64,000 nt of DNA from a virus, in the IMG/VR virus record IMGVR_UViG_3300016665_000824, positions 32,001 through 96,000 of that record; one strand, 5' to 3'. Position numbers and translations under genes: made by a program. The notes under the pieces are model-generated. The model was given only the letters and a program-made list of their open reading frames with translations, was not told the DNA's origin and made no database searches. Below, one piece after another: positions 18,469-28,554 of this stretch. Every line of letters begins with the position of its first letter. Position 1 is the first letter of the stretch.

Positions 18469-21083
18469 TGGCTTTGCTTCCTCGCTTTACGGCGTTGAGT
18501 TAATGTTGCATTGAGTTTTTTGGCGATCGCGTCAGCAGCATTTACCGACAGGTAATCCACTGCGCTGCCGTTAGTTCCTGAGAAGCTATCGGGGTTTTTG
18601 CCCTTGAATGGAGTTCGACTCCAGAGATCGCCGTCCGACCACAGATCGGTCTTTGGAGTTTTTAGCAGATCTGTATCTACTTTTTTCTTATCTACCTTCT
18701 CTCCCCCAAAACCCAGCTCAGGAGTTCCCAAAGTAACAAGGTGAATTTGTTTAGCAATATAAGTCCCAGCAACATTTCCTTGCGAACCTGTTTTTTGCAT
18801 TGACTCCAAGATGTCCAAAGCCCTTTTTGCTGTTTCTCCACCTTGCTTTAGCCCAATAACAGAAATAGCTGGGTATTCAGTTGAGCTTCCCTCGTATGAG
18901 CTGTTTCCGATAGCGTAAAGTTCCGCAGCCAACTTTACAGCTTCAGGGTCTCGTCCCGCTTTGAGGGTCTTACTCATCACGGCTTCGTAGCTTCTTGCCA
19001 TAGTGTCAATAACACCCATAACCCTGCCCCTAGACTGAGGCGGGAGGGTTCGATCAAAAGAAACCACGTCGCTTTGATCGTAGAAGTCTTTCTCTGCTTG
19101 AGACTGAAGCTTTGATCCGTTACTTTTAATTGATTTGCCCAGAACATCGCTAGGAGTTTCTCCATCTCCTATTGCGATAATGACGCTGGGATTTATTGGG
19201 GTAGGCAAAGTCGTTCGTCCACTTGCTACAATCTCTTGAGCCTCAAGAGCAGACTTCGCTATATTGTTGTTGTATTTAACCCTCGCAGCCACAGCAGCAG
19301 TCACCGTTACTTGACCAAGTACGGCTACAGTATTAATCGCTGCTGCTGTGGGATTGTCTTGATATTTATCCTTGATCGCAGAAACCAGATTCCACGTCTT
19401 TCCTAGCGTTGGGTTTACCGCAGTGATCGCCGCCGCTATTTCTTTTGCCCCCTTGTCGCTAGACTTGCTTCCCGCAACAGAATTAGAGAAAAATCCAAAC
19501 GTCTCGCGGATTTTATCTCTGACCGTGCTATCGGTTAAGTAGTCCTCAATCTCATGCCCCTTGACCGAGCTGACAAACTGCGAAAACCTCTTAGGCAGGA
19601 TTGAGAAAGGATCGTTTTTGGAGGTAATAGTGCGGTTGTTAATGTTCGCCCAGTTCTTGTCGTCTTGAGTTGTGCCACCCGTCAAACCGAAGGATGCACC
19701 GCCAAGTCTGGCGATATTGAGGCGCTTCAGAACTTCTCCACCATCAAGCCCCCTAGCAGGCTTGATCCGACTCAAAATTTCGGCAGCTTCATCAACAACG
19801 TTGCCCCCAGAACCGTGACTAACTACGTTCAAAGGCTTGTCACGATACTTAGAGCCATAAGCATACAATTTAGAAGCCAGATCCACCGCAGCTTCGTTTC
19901 TGCCACCGACAATATTGCTTAGATATTTGCCAAAACTTTCTTTAGCTACATACCCCAGATACAAGGGATTGTAGTTCCCGTTTTTATCCTTTGGGAGAAT
20001 ATCGGTTGGAGGAACATTAAACTCCGAATTGTTGAAGGGGATGACCTGCTGGGTCTTGTTAAACCACTGTTCCCGTTTTGAAGTGTCAAGCGGAGTTTTT
20101 AAATATTCAGCGAGCTTATCACCAGAAGAGCCAAGGTTGGAAAATCCTCCTACAGCAAAAGTTAGTTGAGGTTTGGAGGTTGGCTCGACAGGAGTAGTTT
20201 GTGCTCTTTGGTACGCCATTAGCGCCGATTCAGGCAAGCCTTCTTTGTAGCGATCGCGAGCGGTCATCATTACCGATGAGGGAATGCCCAGCAGTACGCT
20301 TGCCGCTAATATGCCTGCCGCAGGGCGATTGTCTCCAAAAAACTTGCTAATCTTTTCGATATCTTTCCATGCGCCAGCAACGGGTTGGGGTAGCAAACTC
20401 TTAAGAGCTTTCTTGCTAGACTCTGCGCGATTCAAGCCTTCACGAACAATCTTCTGGCGATCGGGATTGGCTTTTTGCAGGCGAATTGATTCTCGCAATT
20501 GAGCCTGACTCATATACGAGTAGCGATACACGCCTCGTTTGCGAGCTTCTTCCTTTAATTCCCGAATATTCTTGTTATCAAGATCGTCCTCAACTGGGGC
20601 AACGCCAACAAATTTCGCTTTTTGAACTTGGTTTACCGCATCATTCAGATCGGAAATCTCTTGTCTATTTAAAGCTTCAGGAACGTCAATACGGCAGGTG
20701 TCCGTCTTTGCAATACAAGCGCCTTTGCAGGATAGTCCAACCTTACAGTTCTTGGGCTTAGAAATTTTATCGGTACGTTGACCGATATTGTTTGCATAAG
20801 CAAGTAAGTACTGATCTGCGTCAGTATCTACTGCATCAGTGCGACCATCCTGTACCTGCTTATACTCAATGCGATCTCCTAATTCCAGCCGAATCAGCTT
20901 TTGATCCTTGTCATCATCACGAAACAGACAAGTGATAAGCCCGTCATTACCGATATTGATATTAAGGATCTGATCGATACTCCCGTAGGCGCGAGAAATA
21001 ATGCGAGTTAATAGCCTCGCAATCGTTCTTCTTGCGGCGAGAGGATCTGTGGTTTGAATTGGTGGTGGTGCGATCGCGTACAT
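18465..21083 (-). CDS. Large virion/effector-like protein with possible alpha/beta-hydrolase-like region
   Basis: 872 aa; CKVGLSCKGACIAKTDTC motif; VVSHGSGG (aa 421-428), NDPF (aa 490-493), KGHE (aa 508-511) in the order expected of a Ser-Asp-His hydrolase, not canonical GxSxG. Confidence 0.5.
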   Translation of the reverse strand: MYAIAPPPIQTTDPLAARRTIARLLTRIISRAYGSIDQILNINIGNDGLITCLFRDDDKDQKLIRLELGDRIEYKQVQDGRTDAVDTDADQYLLAYANNIGQRTDKISKPKNCKVGLSCKGACIAKTDTCRIDVPEALNRQEISDLNDAVNQVQKAKFVGVAPVEDDLDNKNIRELKEEARKRGVYRYSYMSQAQLRESIRLQKANPDRQKIVREGLNRAESSKKALKSLLPQPVAGAWKDIEKISKFFGDNRPAAGILAASVLLGIPSSVMMTARDRYKEGLPESALMAYQRAQTTPVEPTSKPQLTFAVGGFSNLGSSGDKLAEYLKTPLDTSKREQWFNKTQQVIPFNNSEFNVPPTDILPKDKNGNYNPLYLGYVAKESFGKYLSNIVGGRNEAAVDLASKLYAYGSKYRDKPLNVVSHGSGGNVVDEAAEILSRIKPARGLDGGEVLKRLNIARLGGASFGLTGGTTQDDKNWANINNRTITSKNDPFSILPKRFSQFVSSVKGHEIEDYLTDSTVRDKIRETFGFFSNSVAGSKSSDKGAKEIAAAITAVNPTLGKTWNLVSAIKDKYQDNPTAAAINTVAVLGQVTVTAAVAARVKYNNNIAKSALEAQEIVASGRTTLPTPINPSVIIAIGDGETPSDVLGKSIKSNGSKLQSQAEKDFYDQSDVVSFDRTLPPQSRGRVMGVIDTMARSYEAVMSKTLKAGRDPEAVKLAAELYAIGNSSYEGSSTEYPAISVIGLKQGGETAKRALDILESMQKTGSQGNVAGTYIAKQIHLVTLGTPELGFGGEKVDKKKVDTDLLKTPKTDLWSDGDLWSRTPFKGKNPDSFSGTNGSAVDYLSVNAADAIAKKLNATLTQRRKARKQSQ

Positions 21084-21085
21084 GA

Positions 21086-22492
21086 CTATTTTTTAGCTTG
21101 CTTCTGGTTTTCTTCTTCCGCCTTGTTTATGGCGTGGGCTGCGAGAGCTAGAGATCCAGCAGTTGCCGCAACGTTCGCTCCGATCGCGCCAGCAACAGAT
21201 GCTCCGCGACCATGACCACGCGATCGTAAAGCTCTGTAAGTGCCGCTACCGATCGGCCCAGCCAGCGCCTGTACCGCCCCCTTTCCAAAAGCTTTGGCAG
21301 TCTCCCCAGCACAATTCTTTTCTTGAGGAATACAGATCTTTCCGCAAGGCTTAGTACCTGAACCGCACTTTGCGTCTTCACGAAGCTGCTCGACGAATGA
21401 GTCGATGCGCTCATCTAAGGATTCGTATCGACGACTTGTTTTATTCCACACTCTATTTGTAGTCATATTCGCTCTTCTAATTCGTTTTGGCATCTCCCTC
21501 CGAGTTGTTTTAACCTCAGATGCTTTTACGTCTACCGTATTATTCTTGTCAACAAAAGTCTGCATAAAACTTCTAGCGAAATTGTCTACGGCGTTAAGAG
21601 TTGATCGGGTGGTAGATCCCGCCTTTTTTGCCGCCTCGTTTAGGTCGATAGTTTTGTCGGCAAGATTCTTCCTCGCGACGCGATCGCGTTCTAGCCTTTC
21701 TTTTGTTTTTCGATACAACTTACCCGCCGCCGCACCTGCGGAACCAGCAGCTCTTGTTAATAGTGGCTTCTGAGGTTCGGCGATCGCACTACCACTACTC
21801 TTGCCCGATTCACTCGCAGCAATAGTTAATCCACCAGTAGATACCTTGGAAGCAGGAGGGTTGTATGGCAGTCGAGTTGGAGGTGGGGGTGTAGGAGTTT
21901 CAGGTTTATTGACGGGGACTAGTGCTCCACCGATTTCTGGCTTGGGCTTGGGTGATGGAAGGCGATCGGGCGGGGCTAGCCTCCTGCTTTCTATCTCGCC
22001 TTGCCGAGCTGCTTCTCGCTCAAGATCTTTCTTAGCCTTATATCGAAAATACTCCTCTTCTGCCGCAGCTTCCTCTGCTCTCCACCGCGCCCTCCGAGTT
22101 TCGCTATCCTTTTCGCCAGCCTTGTTTGCGCCCTTCTCGATAATGGGGCGAAGACCTACGGTGATGGCTTTATTCGCAATTACACCTGCGCCGAGTGATG
22201 CGGCAGTTCCACCGACCTTGATCGCCGCTTTCTTAGCAAACTCACCAACCTTATTGGGAGGTGACTGAGGAAGTATAGAAGCAGGCTCCGTCACAGGGAT
22301 AGGCTTCTGTTCTTCTGGCTTCTTCCTTAGCGCGATCGCTGCTGCCCCCAACCCACCCAAGGCAAGTGCAGCGCCAACACCCGCAGCCCCTTTCTTTGCT
22401 GCACTGGCATTGCGGAAGTATGAATAAGCCTTACGTCCATTTTGCGCTGGGACTTTAACTTCTACCTGTGCGTCCTGTCTTTCAGTACTCAT
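21086..22492 (-). CDS. Low-complexity basic/Pro-rich protein with Cys-knot motif and Gly/Ala-rich hydrophobic segments
   Basis: 468 aa; CGSGTKPCGKICIPQEKNCAG near C-terminus; several GAAGVGAALALGG-type segments. Confidence 0.5.
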   Translation of the reverse strand: MSTERQDAQVEVKVPAQNGRKAYSYFRNASAAKKGAAGVGAALALGGLGAAAIALRKKPEEQKPIPVTEPASILPQSPPNKVGEFAKKAAIKVGGTAASLGAGVIANKAITVGLRPIIEKGANKAGEKDSETRRARWRAEEAAAEEEYFRYKAKKDLEREAARQGEIESRRLAPPDRLPSPKPKPEIGGALVPVNKPETPTPPPPTRLPYNPPASKVSTGGLTIAASESGKSSGSAIAEPQKPLLTRAAGSAGAAAGKLYRKTKERLERDRVARKNLADKTIDLNEAAKKAGSTTRSTLNAVDNFARSFMQTFVDKNNTVDVKASEVKTTRREMPKRIRRANMTTNRVWNKTSRRYESLDERIDSFVEQLREDAKCGSGTKPCGKICIPQEKNCAGETAKAFGKGAVQALAGPIGSGTYRALRSRGHGRGASVAGAIGANVAATAGSLALAAHAINKAEEENQKQAKK

Positions 22493-22875
22493 CTGTTTGG
22501 CATCCTCGTTAAAATAATTTCCCAGCTAAAACTTTTGTTCTCAATAGTCCCCATTACCTCATTACACTTGATCGAACCATCGACAATGTAATACTTGCCC
22601 TTGCCCGTAAGCTGAGCCTCGGTGTATGCCGCAGATATACCGCTCACCTGATAGTCGTCAATACCAACCTTGATATTAGTGCTTTCAAACAAGGCGACAG
22701 TACGAGGGTTAACCCGTAGAATCGTGGGGTGAGGCAATATCTCTAGCCTTGTTTCTCCCGACGTAGTGCGAGTCACTACTGTTAATGGCAGCACATTAGG
22801 CGCACCGATCGCATCTCCTGCTAGGCGATCGCGCAGTGGTTGAAGTTTGGCAATAATCTTTGAGGCTAGTGACAT
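22489..22875 (-). CDS. Hypothetical virion protein (head-tail joining region)
   Basis: 128-aa ORF, 4-nt overlap with downstream gene. Confidence 0.4.
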   Translation of the reverse strand: MSLASKIIAKLQPLRDRLAGDAIGAPNVLPLTVVTRTTSGETRLEILPHPTILRVNPRTVALFESTNIKVGIDDYQVSGISAAYTEAQLTGKGKYYIVDGSIKCNEVMGTIENKSFSWEIILTRMPNR

Positions 22876-22968
22876 ATCGCTATTGTTTGATGCTCACAAG
22901 CAAACAGGCGATCGCTTGATGAATTAGCGATCGCCTGTTAGATCTCCTTGTACACATGGCACATGAGG

Positions 22969-23388
22969 CTAGAAGGCAATGAATGGTGGCACGGCAGGGA
23001 TACTGTCACCCATAAAACCGCCCGTTAGAACCAATTCCTTAAGCATTAGAAATTGCTGCCCATAGGTGGTTCGAGATAGATACACATCGGAGAATCTGCC
23101 ATTACCGTTTGCGGGGGTGGAGGTTCTCCGATTAGACATAGACTCACCAGTGTCGATCGCCTTAGCATTTGACACAGTGACAGTACCTTCCTCGGTATTG
23201 AGCGCCAAATAGTGAGCAGTCAGCAACATTACCGCCATTTCCGCATTGTCACCCCACTCTTCAATCGAGCAAAACCGCGAATAGAAATTCAGCCAGTTCT
23301 GGATAAAGATCAGCGACTCCCCAACAAAGTCAGAGAATGCTGCCTCGGAAGTGAAAGTATCTGCGGAAACGACGGGGTATGTTGCCAT
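22969..23388 (-). CDS. Putative head-tail adaptor/connector protein
   Basis: 139-aa ORF after capsid gene; AEMAVMLLTAHYLAL segment reminiscent of head-tail adaptor families (from memory). Confidence 0.35.
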   Translation of the reverse strand: MATYPVVSADTFTSEAAFSDFVGESLIFIQNWLNFYSRFCSIEEWGDNAEMAVMLLTAHYLALNTEEGTVTVSNAKAIDTGESMSNRRTSTPANGNGRFSDVYLSRTTYGQQFLMLKELVLTGGFMGDSIPAVPPFIAF

Positions 23389-23392
23389 GTAT

Positions 23393-24019
23393 TTAGACTG
23401 TTTCTACGTGAGCTCGTTCAGCACTGCGGAGGCTTTCCAGTTCATCATTCTTGATCTCTTCGAGTCTCGCCTTAATTGCACGGGCAATCTCTGGACGGGC
23501 TTGAGATTCACGACCATGCCAAAGCTCCAACTCAGCCTTGTCGTAGGAAGCCTTAATCAGAGCCTTCGCCTTTTCGGGGGTGAAGTGAATCGACATTGCC
23601 GTATCGTTGGCAATACCTTCAATATCTGCGCGATCGGGGGTAAGGATTTCTAGAACACCTTCTTTAATGAGGCGTTCAAGGTGCTCGGCGCTAGGACGAT
23701 GAGATTGGATGGCGCGAGCTGTTTCGAGAGGGATTTGATTGGGGCCAAAGTTAATCCAGATATCAGTCAAGGGCAAGGAACTCATTCCCTTGGGCACGTT
23801 AATATCGGCAAGAATATCCTTGGCGCGATCGGTTGGAGGGTATTGGAGATTGATTGGCGCGTTATTGCGAGTTTCATTGTGCTTAAACGACCAAACCACA
23901 TAAGCATAGGGATCTTCGGTCTTGTATTCTGGCTCTGCGACAGAAGGGTCCAAGACGGCGGTTGTAGATTTTGCCTTGGGAACCTTAATTTCGGTTGTTG
24001 GAGTAATATCTTCTGGCAT
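23393..24019 (-). CDS. Hypothetical virion protein
   Basis: 208-aa ORF in head-completion position. Confidence 0.4.
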   Translation of the reverse strand: MPEDITPTTEIKVPKAKSTTAVLDPSVAEPEYKTEDPYAYVVWSFKHNETRNNAPINLQYPPTDRAKDILADINVPKGMSSLPLTDIWINFGPNQIPLETARAIQSHRPSAEHLERLIKEGVLEILTPDRADIEGIANDTAMSIHFTPEKAKALIKASYDKAELELWHGRESQARPEIARAIKARLEEIKNDELESLRSAERAHVETV

Positions 24020-24029
24020 GATTTCTTCT

Positions 24030-24467
24030 TTAAGCTGGGAGGTAAAGGATATCTGATTTTGGTTTTTGAAGAGCGTTGCTTTTGGCTACATACTCATAAA
24101 GCTTGGTAATGGGCACTGCTTCGGCATGGGATTGACTATCCCAACCAACGTGCATCACCACGATCGCCTCAGATGGGTTGTAGCTACTTAGCGCTGTATG
24201 AGCTTCGCCCTGAACACCATCTGCCTGCTCTCGTAGTGCTTCTGGGTACATAAACCTTGCAATTACACCGAACTGATCGCTAATGCAGGACATAACAATG
24301 CCCTTCTCGCCAATATGGTTTCTATTGGCGTGGAGCAGGGTTTCAGCGTGGTTCTTGATTACAACATCGAATTCATCGGCGATCGTGCCGACAATTACGC
24401 GATCGCAATAGGCAAAGTTCCGCAGAAGCGGTGCGTTGAGGAGGAGATGATCAGGGTTTTGTTTCAT
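24030..24467 (-). CDS. Hypothetical virion protein
   Basis: 145-aa ORF in head-completion position. Confidence 0.4.
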   Translation of the reverse strand: MKQNPDHLLLNAPLLRNFAYCDRVIVGTIADEFDVVIKNHAETLLHANRNHIGEKGIVMSCISDQFGVIARFMYPEALREQADGVQGEAHTALSSYNPSEAIVVMHVGWDSQSHAEAVPITKLYEYVAKSNALQKPKSDILYLPA

Positions 24468-24528
24468 AATTCAATAGATATAAAAATATCGAGCGCAGGT
24501 ATTCCCACGCTCGATATTGGCGATCGCC

Positions 24529-25440
24529 TTACAATCCGTGCAACCAGAGTACGGAGTAGGGACGCTTGATAATCAAGCCGCCGTACTTCATACGGGCGGT
24601 GCGCTGCATCCCACGAGGAAGCTCAATCCACTTCTTGAAGGAGAAAGGCTCGGTAATGCGGAACTTGATTTTGTTCGGATCGCGCTTGTAGTAACAAGCA
24701 ACGTTAGAACCGCCATCACCAACACCTTCGAGAGGGAGTAAGGGGAAGTAATCCTTAATGTAAGTTGCCTTACTCAAGTAGTAATCAAGAACAGAATCAC
24801 TGTTGAAGTCACTGAGACGACGGAAGCTGATTTCATCGTGAGTTGCCTGAGCAAACAAGATCGTGTCAGGGGTCTCAATATTGCGGGTCAAACGACGCAT
24901 GGCGTTGCCAGTGTTGTTCAATACCGCAAGAAGCTGAGCTACCGTAGCATTGCTGTCAAAAGCGTATGCAGAGTAGGACTTCAAAGTATCAGGATGGTTG
25001 AAGAAACCGCGCAATTGACCGTCACCCAAGAACACCATCTTGTCGAGGTATTGTTGACCTGCTTCAAGCACGATCTGGACTTTTTCCGCCTCAATGCCAG
25101 TACCAAACTTTTGAGAAAGTTCGATTTCTTTGTCATTAAGGGTATAAGCACCAATATGCTCAGAAACTCTTTGGCGGAATTCTCTCGACACGATCTCGAC
25201 GTTAGGAACGTGAGTGGTGTAGTCGCGAGCAGCTTCCCACCGACCGATACCAGTTACCTTGCGATAGCCAGTTTCTTCGAGTTCAGGTTTGTTCCAATCT
25301 TCGCGAGGAAGGAGAGTGCCGTTAGCCCAGTAAAGCTGTTCGTACTCTTCTTTTTCGAGAGACTGTTCTAGTTCGACGAGCTGCTCTTTGAAGTAGCCCA
25401 CCGACCAATCATCATTCTTAATTTCAGTAGCTGTGGTCAT
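24529..25440 (-). CDS. Putative major capsid protein
   Basis: Start reassigned to ATG 25440 (MTTATEIKND), preceded by AGGAGG; track start 25728 runs through upstream gene; ~303 aa, downstream of protease/scaffold-like gene. Confidence 0.45.
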   Translation of the reverse strand: MTTATEIKNDDWSVGYFKEQLVELEQSLEKEEYEQLYWANGTLLPREDWNKPELEETGYRKVTGIGRWEAARDYTTHVPNVEIVSREFRQRVSEHIGAYTLNDKEIELSQKFGTGIEAEKVQIVLEAGQQYLDKMVFLGDGQLRGFFNHPDTLKSYSAYAFDSNATVAQLLAVLNNTGNAMRRLTRNIETPDTILFAQATHDEISFRRLSDFNSDSVLDYYLSKATYIKDYFPLLPLEGVGDGGSNVACYYKRDPNKIKFRITEPFSFKKWIELPRGMQRTARMKYGGLIIKRPYSVLWLHGL

Positions 25441-25450
25441 TGGACTCCTC

Positions 25451-26323
25451 CTAGAAGTTCGCGTAAACTTTGACAACCCTGTTGTTGTTGATGTCGATAA
25501 CAACATCGGAGCGGAAACTGGCGCGGGTCGAAGCGTCGATCGCGCTGTTCGCATTGGTCTTTTGGGCATAACCCTTAGAGCCAGCAGCAACAGAGATATA
25601 AACGGTGTCGGACTCGGCGATACTGGTTTCCAAAGTAGGAACCCAAATACCAGAGAGATCACCCAATCGTCGTTGAACATCAACCGCCAACTGGTTAGCT
25701 TCGTATCCAGCAGTCGCCGCTTCGCCAACCACGTCTTTTTGAACGGAGGTGTTTAGGCGGGTGATGCCGCAGATAGCGGAGATTGCGTCACCACTGTTAG
25801 GAAGGCGAATGCTGCCACCATTGAGAGTTCCAGTCACACGAGGAGTTGTGCCTGCGACCTTGGTGACAAACAATCCAAAGCCAATGCGAGATGGGGCTGC
25901 GGCTGCGGTAGTTGGAGTGGTAGGCACGGTTAAAGGTGCTGCACCGCCACCACTGACGCTCACAAACATCGGGGTATTATCCTTGCGATGAGTGAAGACC
26001 AAAGTTGAGGTGTTATTTACCACCGAGGCAATCTGGCTGGCGCGAAGGTTAGCGCGGAACGCTGCGTACAAGCCTGCGGCAAGGTCGGCGCGAACAGTTG
26101 AAGCGGTGGTAAAAGAGAAGGTGATTGGGTTATCGGAGGTATCAGCATCATAGATAGTGATGCTGTACACAGTGGCTGTAACGGGAGTTGCAGGAGTTGT
26201 AACCGTCCAAACTTCCTTAACGTAGCCACTGTCATTGTGATAGGCTTCAACAGAGCCAACACCCATGCCCTCAACCATTCCAGCGAGAGCCTGTGTGTAA
26301 TACTGGCGATAATTCTTTTGCAT
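25451..26323 (-). CDS. Ala/Thr-rich head structural protein (decoration or capsid-associated)
   Basis: 290-aa ORF between scaffold-like and capsid-like genes. Confidence 0.4.
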   Translation of the reverse strand: MQKNYRQYYTQALAGMVEGMGVGSVEAYHNDSGYVKEVWTVTTPATPVTATVYSITIYDADTSDNPITFSFTTASTVRADLAAGLYAAFRANLRASQIASVVNNTSTLVFTHRKDNTPMFVSVSGGGAAPLTVPTTPTTAAAAPSRIGFGLFVTKVAGTTPRVTGTLNGGSIRLPNSGDAISAICGITRLNTSVQKDVVGEAATAGYEANQLAVDVQRRLGDLSGIWVPTLETSIAESDTVYISVAAGSKGYAQKTNANSAIDASTRASFRSDVVIDINNNRVVKVYANF

Positions 26324-26336
26324 TGTTTAGTTGCTC

Positions 26337-27827
26337 CTATTTTCTAGTGGAACGAGCTAAGGGTTTGGAGTAGTTCTTGCCGTAGCGCTCGTTATTGCGT
26401 TCTGCGGCATCCTTCTTCTCCTCGGAATCTTTACGCTCAGTGCGACCAACCTTTACGGCGGTCTCTAGGCGATCTGCGTAGCTAGGCGCAGGAACAAGAG
26501 TTGCGTACTCAGCCGCGCTATCGAAACGGGCTTCGATGTAGCTATCGTTGCGATCGCTTAAATCAACTTCAGGATGAATAGCCTTCAGTGCAGCGCGACG
26601 AATCTCGGTGGAGTCCATCGTGGTTTCGATACCTGCATCCTCGATGTTGATACCCTTAGAGGTAAGAAGGTCGTGAGCCTTGCCAATTGCATCGAGGCGA
26701 TCGGCAGTCTGGCGATTGATTTCTTCAGCGAGGAATTCACGGACTTCATCGGAGTCAAGAACGACTGCCAACTCAGAAGAGTCCATCTTCTTGCCCTTCT
26801 TCATCTTTTTCTTGATGAAGTCAGGCATCTTGCTTTCACCCTCGGATTCCTCATCGTCAGGCTCGCCTTCGCCGTCTTCCTTGTCACCACAAGAAGCATC
26901 CTGACGGATAGTTTCGAGTTGAGTTAGGGTTTCGGTTAGCTCATCTTCAAGAGCGTCAGCACGACCCTTGGTGCGATTAACTTCGGAAGTAAGGTCGGCG
27001 ATCGCGTCAGCCTTCTCTTTGAGTTCAGCCTCAAGAGAATCCACGCGAGACTTATATTTAGATAGTTCTTCGAGTTTTTGCGACAGGGGGTAGAGCGCGA
27101 TGTCCTCCACCTGAAACTCGCCAGCGCCATCCACGCGCAATGTTTTTGTTTTCAAATCGGACATAGCGGAGCTACCCTCATTTTTAATTGTTGGAATAAC
27201 GACAACGCTGTTCGGAGCAGAGGCTTTAACTTGGATCGAGTCAAAGCGAACTAGCTCAACAACCTCATCCCCATCGGCATCGGCACTATCGAGGTGCATC
27301 CTCACAGTGCTCCCCCCGCGTGGGTTGTCAGTTGCGGCGCAATGGTCTGGTCGAATCTTGGTTTGAACACGGTCAAAATCGCCCCGATAGGTGATCTGGT
27401 CGATCGCGTCGAACCATTCGCCATTCGGGGCTTCTACGATTTCGCATTCATATCCAAGAGAAAGACCGTTCTTTTTGCCTGCCTTTACGGACTGGGCAAA
27501 ATCGGGGTTAGAGATTCGGGCAATATTCTGTACAACCCCCTCGTTATCGTTGTACTCACCCGCCCTTGTTAATTCACCAACAGCGCTATCTCGTTTTCCC
27601 CGCAATAGCGAAGATGGATGCTCGACAGTCATCGGCAATCCTTTTAGGGACTCAAGGAAATCGCGATCGCGGTTTGCCGAAGCAGGTCGCAATTCACGAA
27701 CTCGCTTTCCGTCACCTCGAAAGTATGTCAATATGCCGTCTCGACAAACCGTGCTGTACGCATACAGCCCGTCCGCACGTTCTTCAGTGCGGGTCGCGAA
27801 ACTTACGTCATCAAAACGAAATGCCAT
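26337..27827 (-). CDS. Putative head maturation protease/scaffolding protein
   Basis: 496 aa; globular N-terminal half, coiled-coil and strongly acidic C-terminal half typical of scaffold; precedes capsid genes. Confidence 0.45.
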   Translation of the reverse strand: MAFRFDDVSFATRTEERADGLYAYSTVCRDGILTYFRGDGKRVRELRPASANRDRDFLESLKGLPMTVEHPSSLLRGKRDSAVGELTRAGEYNDNEGVVQNIARISNPDFAQSVKAGKKNGLSLGYECEIVEAPNGEWFDAIDQITYRGDFDRVQTKIRPDHCAATDNPRGGSTVRMHLDSADADGDEVVELVRFDSIQVKASAPNSVVVIPTIKNEGSSAMSDLKTKTLRVDGAGEFQVEDIALYPLSQKLEELSKYKSRVDSLEAELKEKADAIADLTSEVNRTKGRADALEDELTETLTQLETIRQDASCGDKEDGEGEPDDEESEGESKMPDFIKKKMKKGKKMDSSELAVVLDSDEVREFLAEEINRQTADRLDAIGKAHDLLTSKGINIEDAGIETTMDSTEIRRAALKAIHPEVDLSDRNDSYIEARFDSAAEYATLVPAPSYADRLETAVKVGRTERKDSEEKKDAAERNNERYGKNYSKPLARSTRK

Positions 27828-27932
27828 TGGCTAATTCAACTTAGGTCAATGGCATTACTTTCTTGTTTTGTCAAGATGAATATTCGGTTTTATGGAAATT
27901 AGCGATCGCTTTTCTTTAAATACGCTCAATAC

Positions 27933-27952
27933 CGCCACAAATCCACCACAAA
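27933..27952 (+). promoter_or_regulatory. Operator-like direct repeat CGCCACAAATCCACCACAAA
   Basis: Same element ~38 nt upstream of 27991 ATG. Confidence 0.5.
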
Positions 27953-27990
27953 GCCACGTTTCAATGCGAAAATCCGAGTAGAGTTACCAG

Positions 27991-28554
27991 TTGAATATGG
28001 CAGTAAAAAGTAAAGTCAAGCTCGGCGCGTATATCGGGCGAAGGCTGGAGCAGGAACGTACCGATGCCGATTACGGTCAGCAAGAAGTCATTAATGAGAT
28101 CCACAGAATAACGTCATCCCCAGAAGTTATTGCTGCGCTAGAGATATCTGTCGCCGCAAACCTAACCAAGTTTCGAGAGTTTCGAGGCAAACGCCAGAAA
28201 GATTTAGCCGCAGATCTAAACAACTTGCGCGATACCTTGCATGGCGTAGGTATAGATACTGAAGTGTCTGGCGATGTGTCTTGGATGTCTAAGGTTGAGA
28301 ATAGCGATCGCATCATGCAGGCGGTCGAACTACGACTCTTTAGCCTTGCTTTGGGTGTTCCGATGGAGGCATTTTTCCCTAATGAGTTAAACGTACTAGC
28401 AGAAAGTAATGACCCGTTCGCCCCTTACCGATATCTGGGACGCAGTATCGAGGGTATTCAAAAGTATCGACATGTCAGCGATCGCAACAAAATTGCGATC
28501 GTTTATTGTTCAGAAGGGTTGTCTTTACCTGATGGTGTGGGGAAATATCTATGA
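27991..28554 (+). CDS. Hypothetical protein, first gene of accessory island
   Basis: 187-aa ORF; CCACAAA direct-repeat element ~40 nt upstream; ATGA overlap with next gene. Confidence 0.5.
   Translation: MNMAVKSKVKLGAYIGRRLEQERTDADYGQQEVINEIHRITSSPEVIAALEISVAANLTKFREFRGKRQKDLAADLNNLRDTLHGVGIDTEVSGDVSWMSKVENSDRIMQAVELRLFSLALGVPMEAFFPNELNVLAESNDPFAPYRYLGRSIEGIQKYRHVSDRNKIAIVYCSEGLSLPDGVGKYL

Noticed and set aside
25441-25728. N-terminal 96-aa extension of the capsid-like ORF in the track
   Set aside because: Runs through the 3' end of the upstream gene; an in-frame ATG at 25440 has an AGGAGG ribosome-binding site
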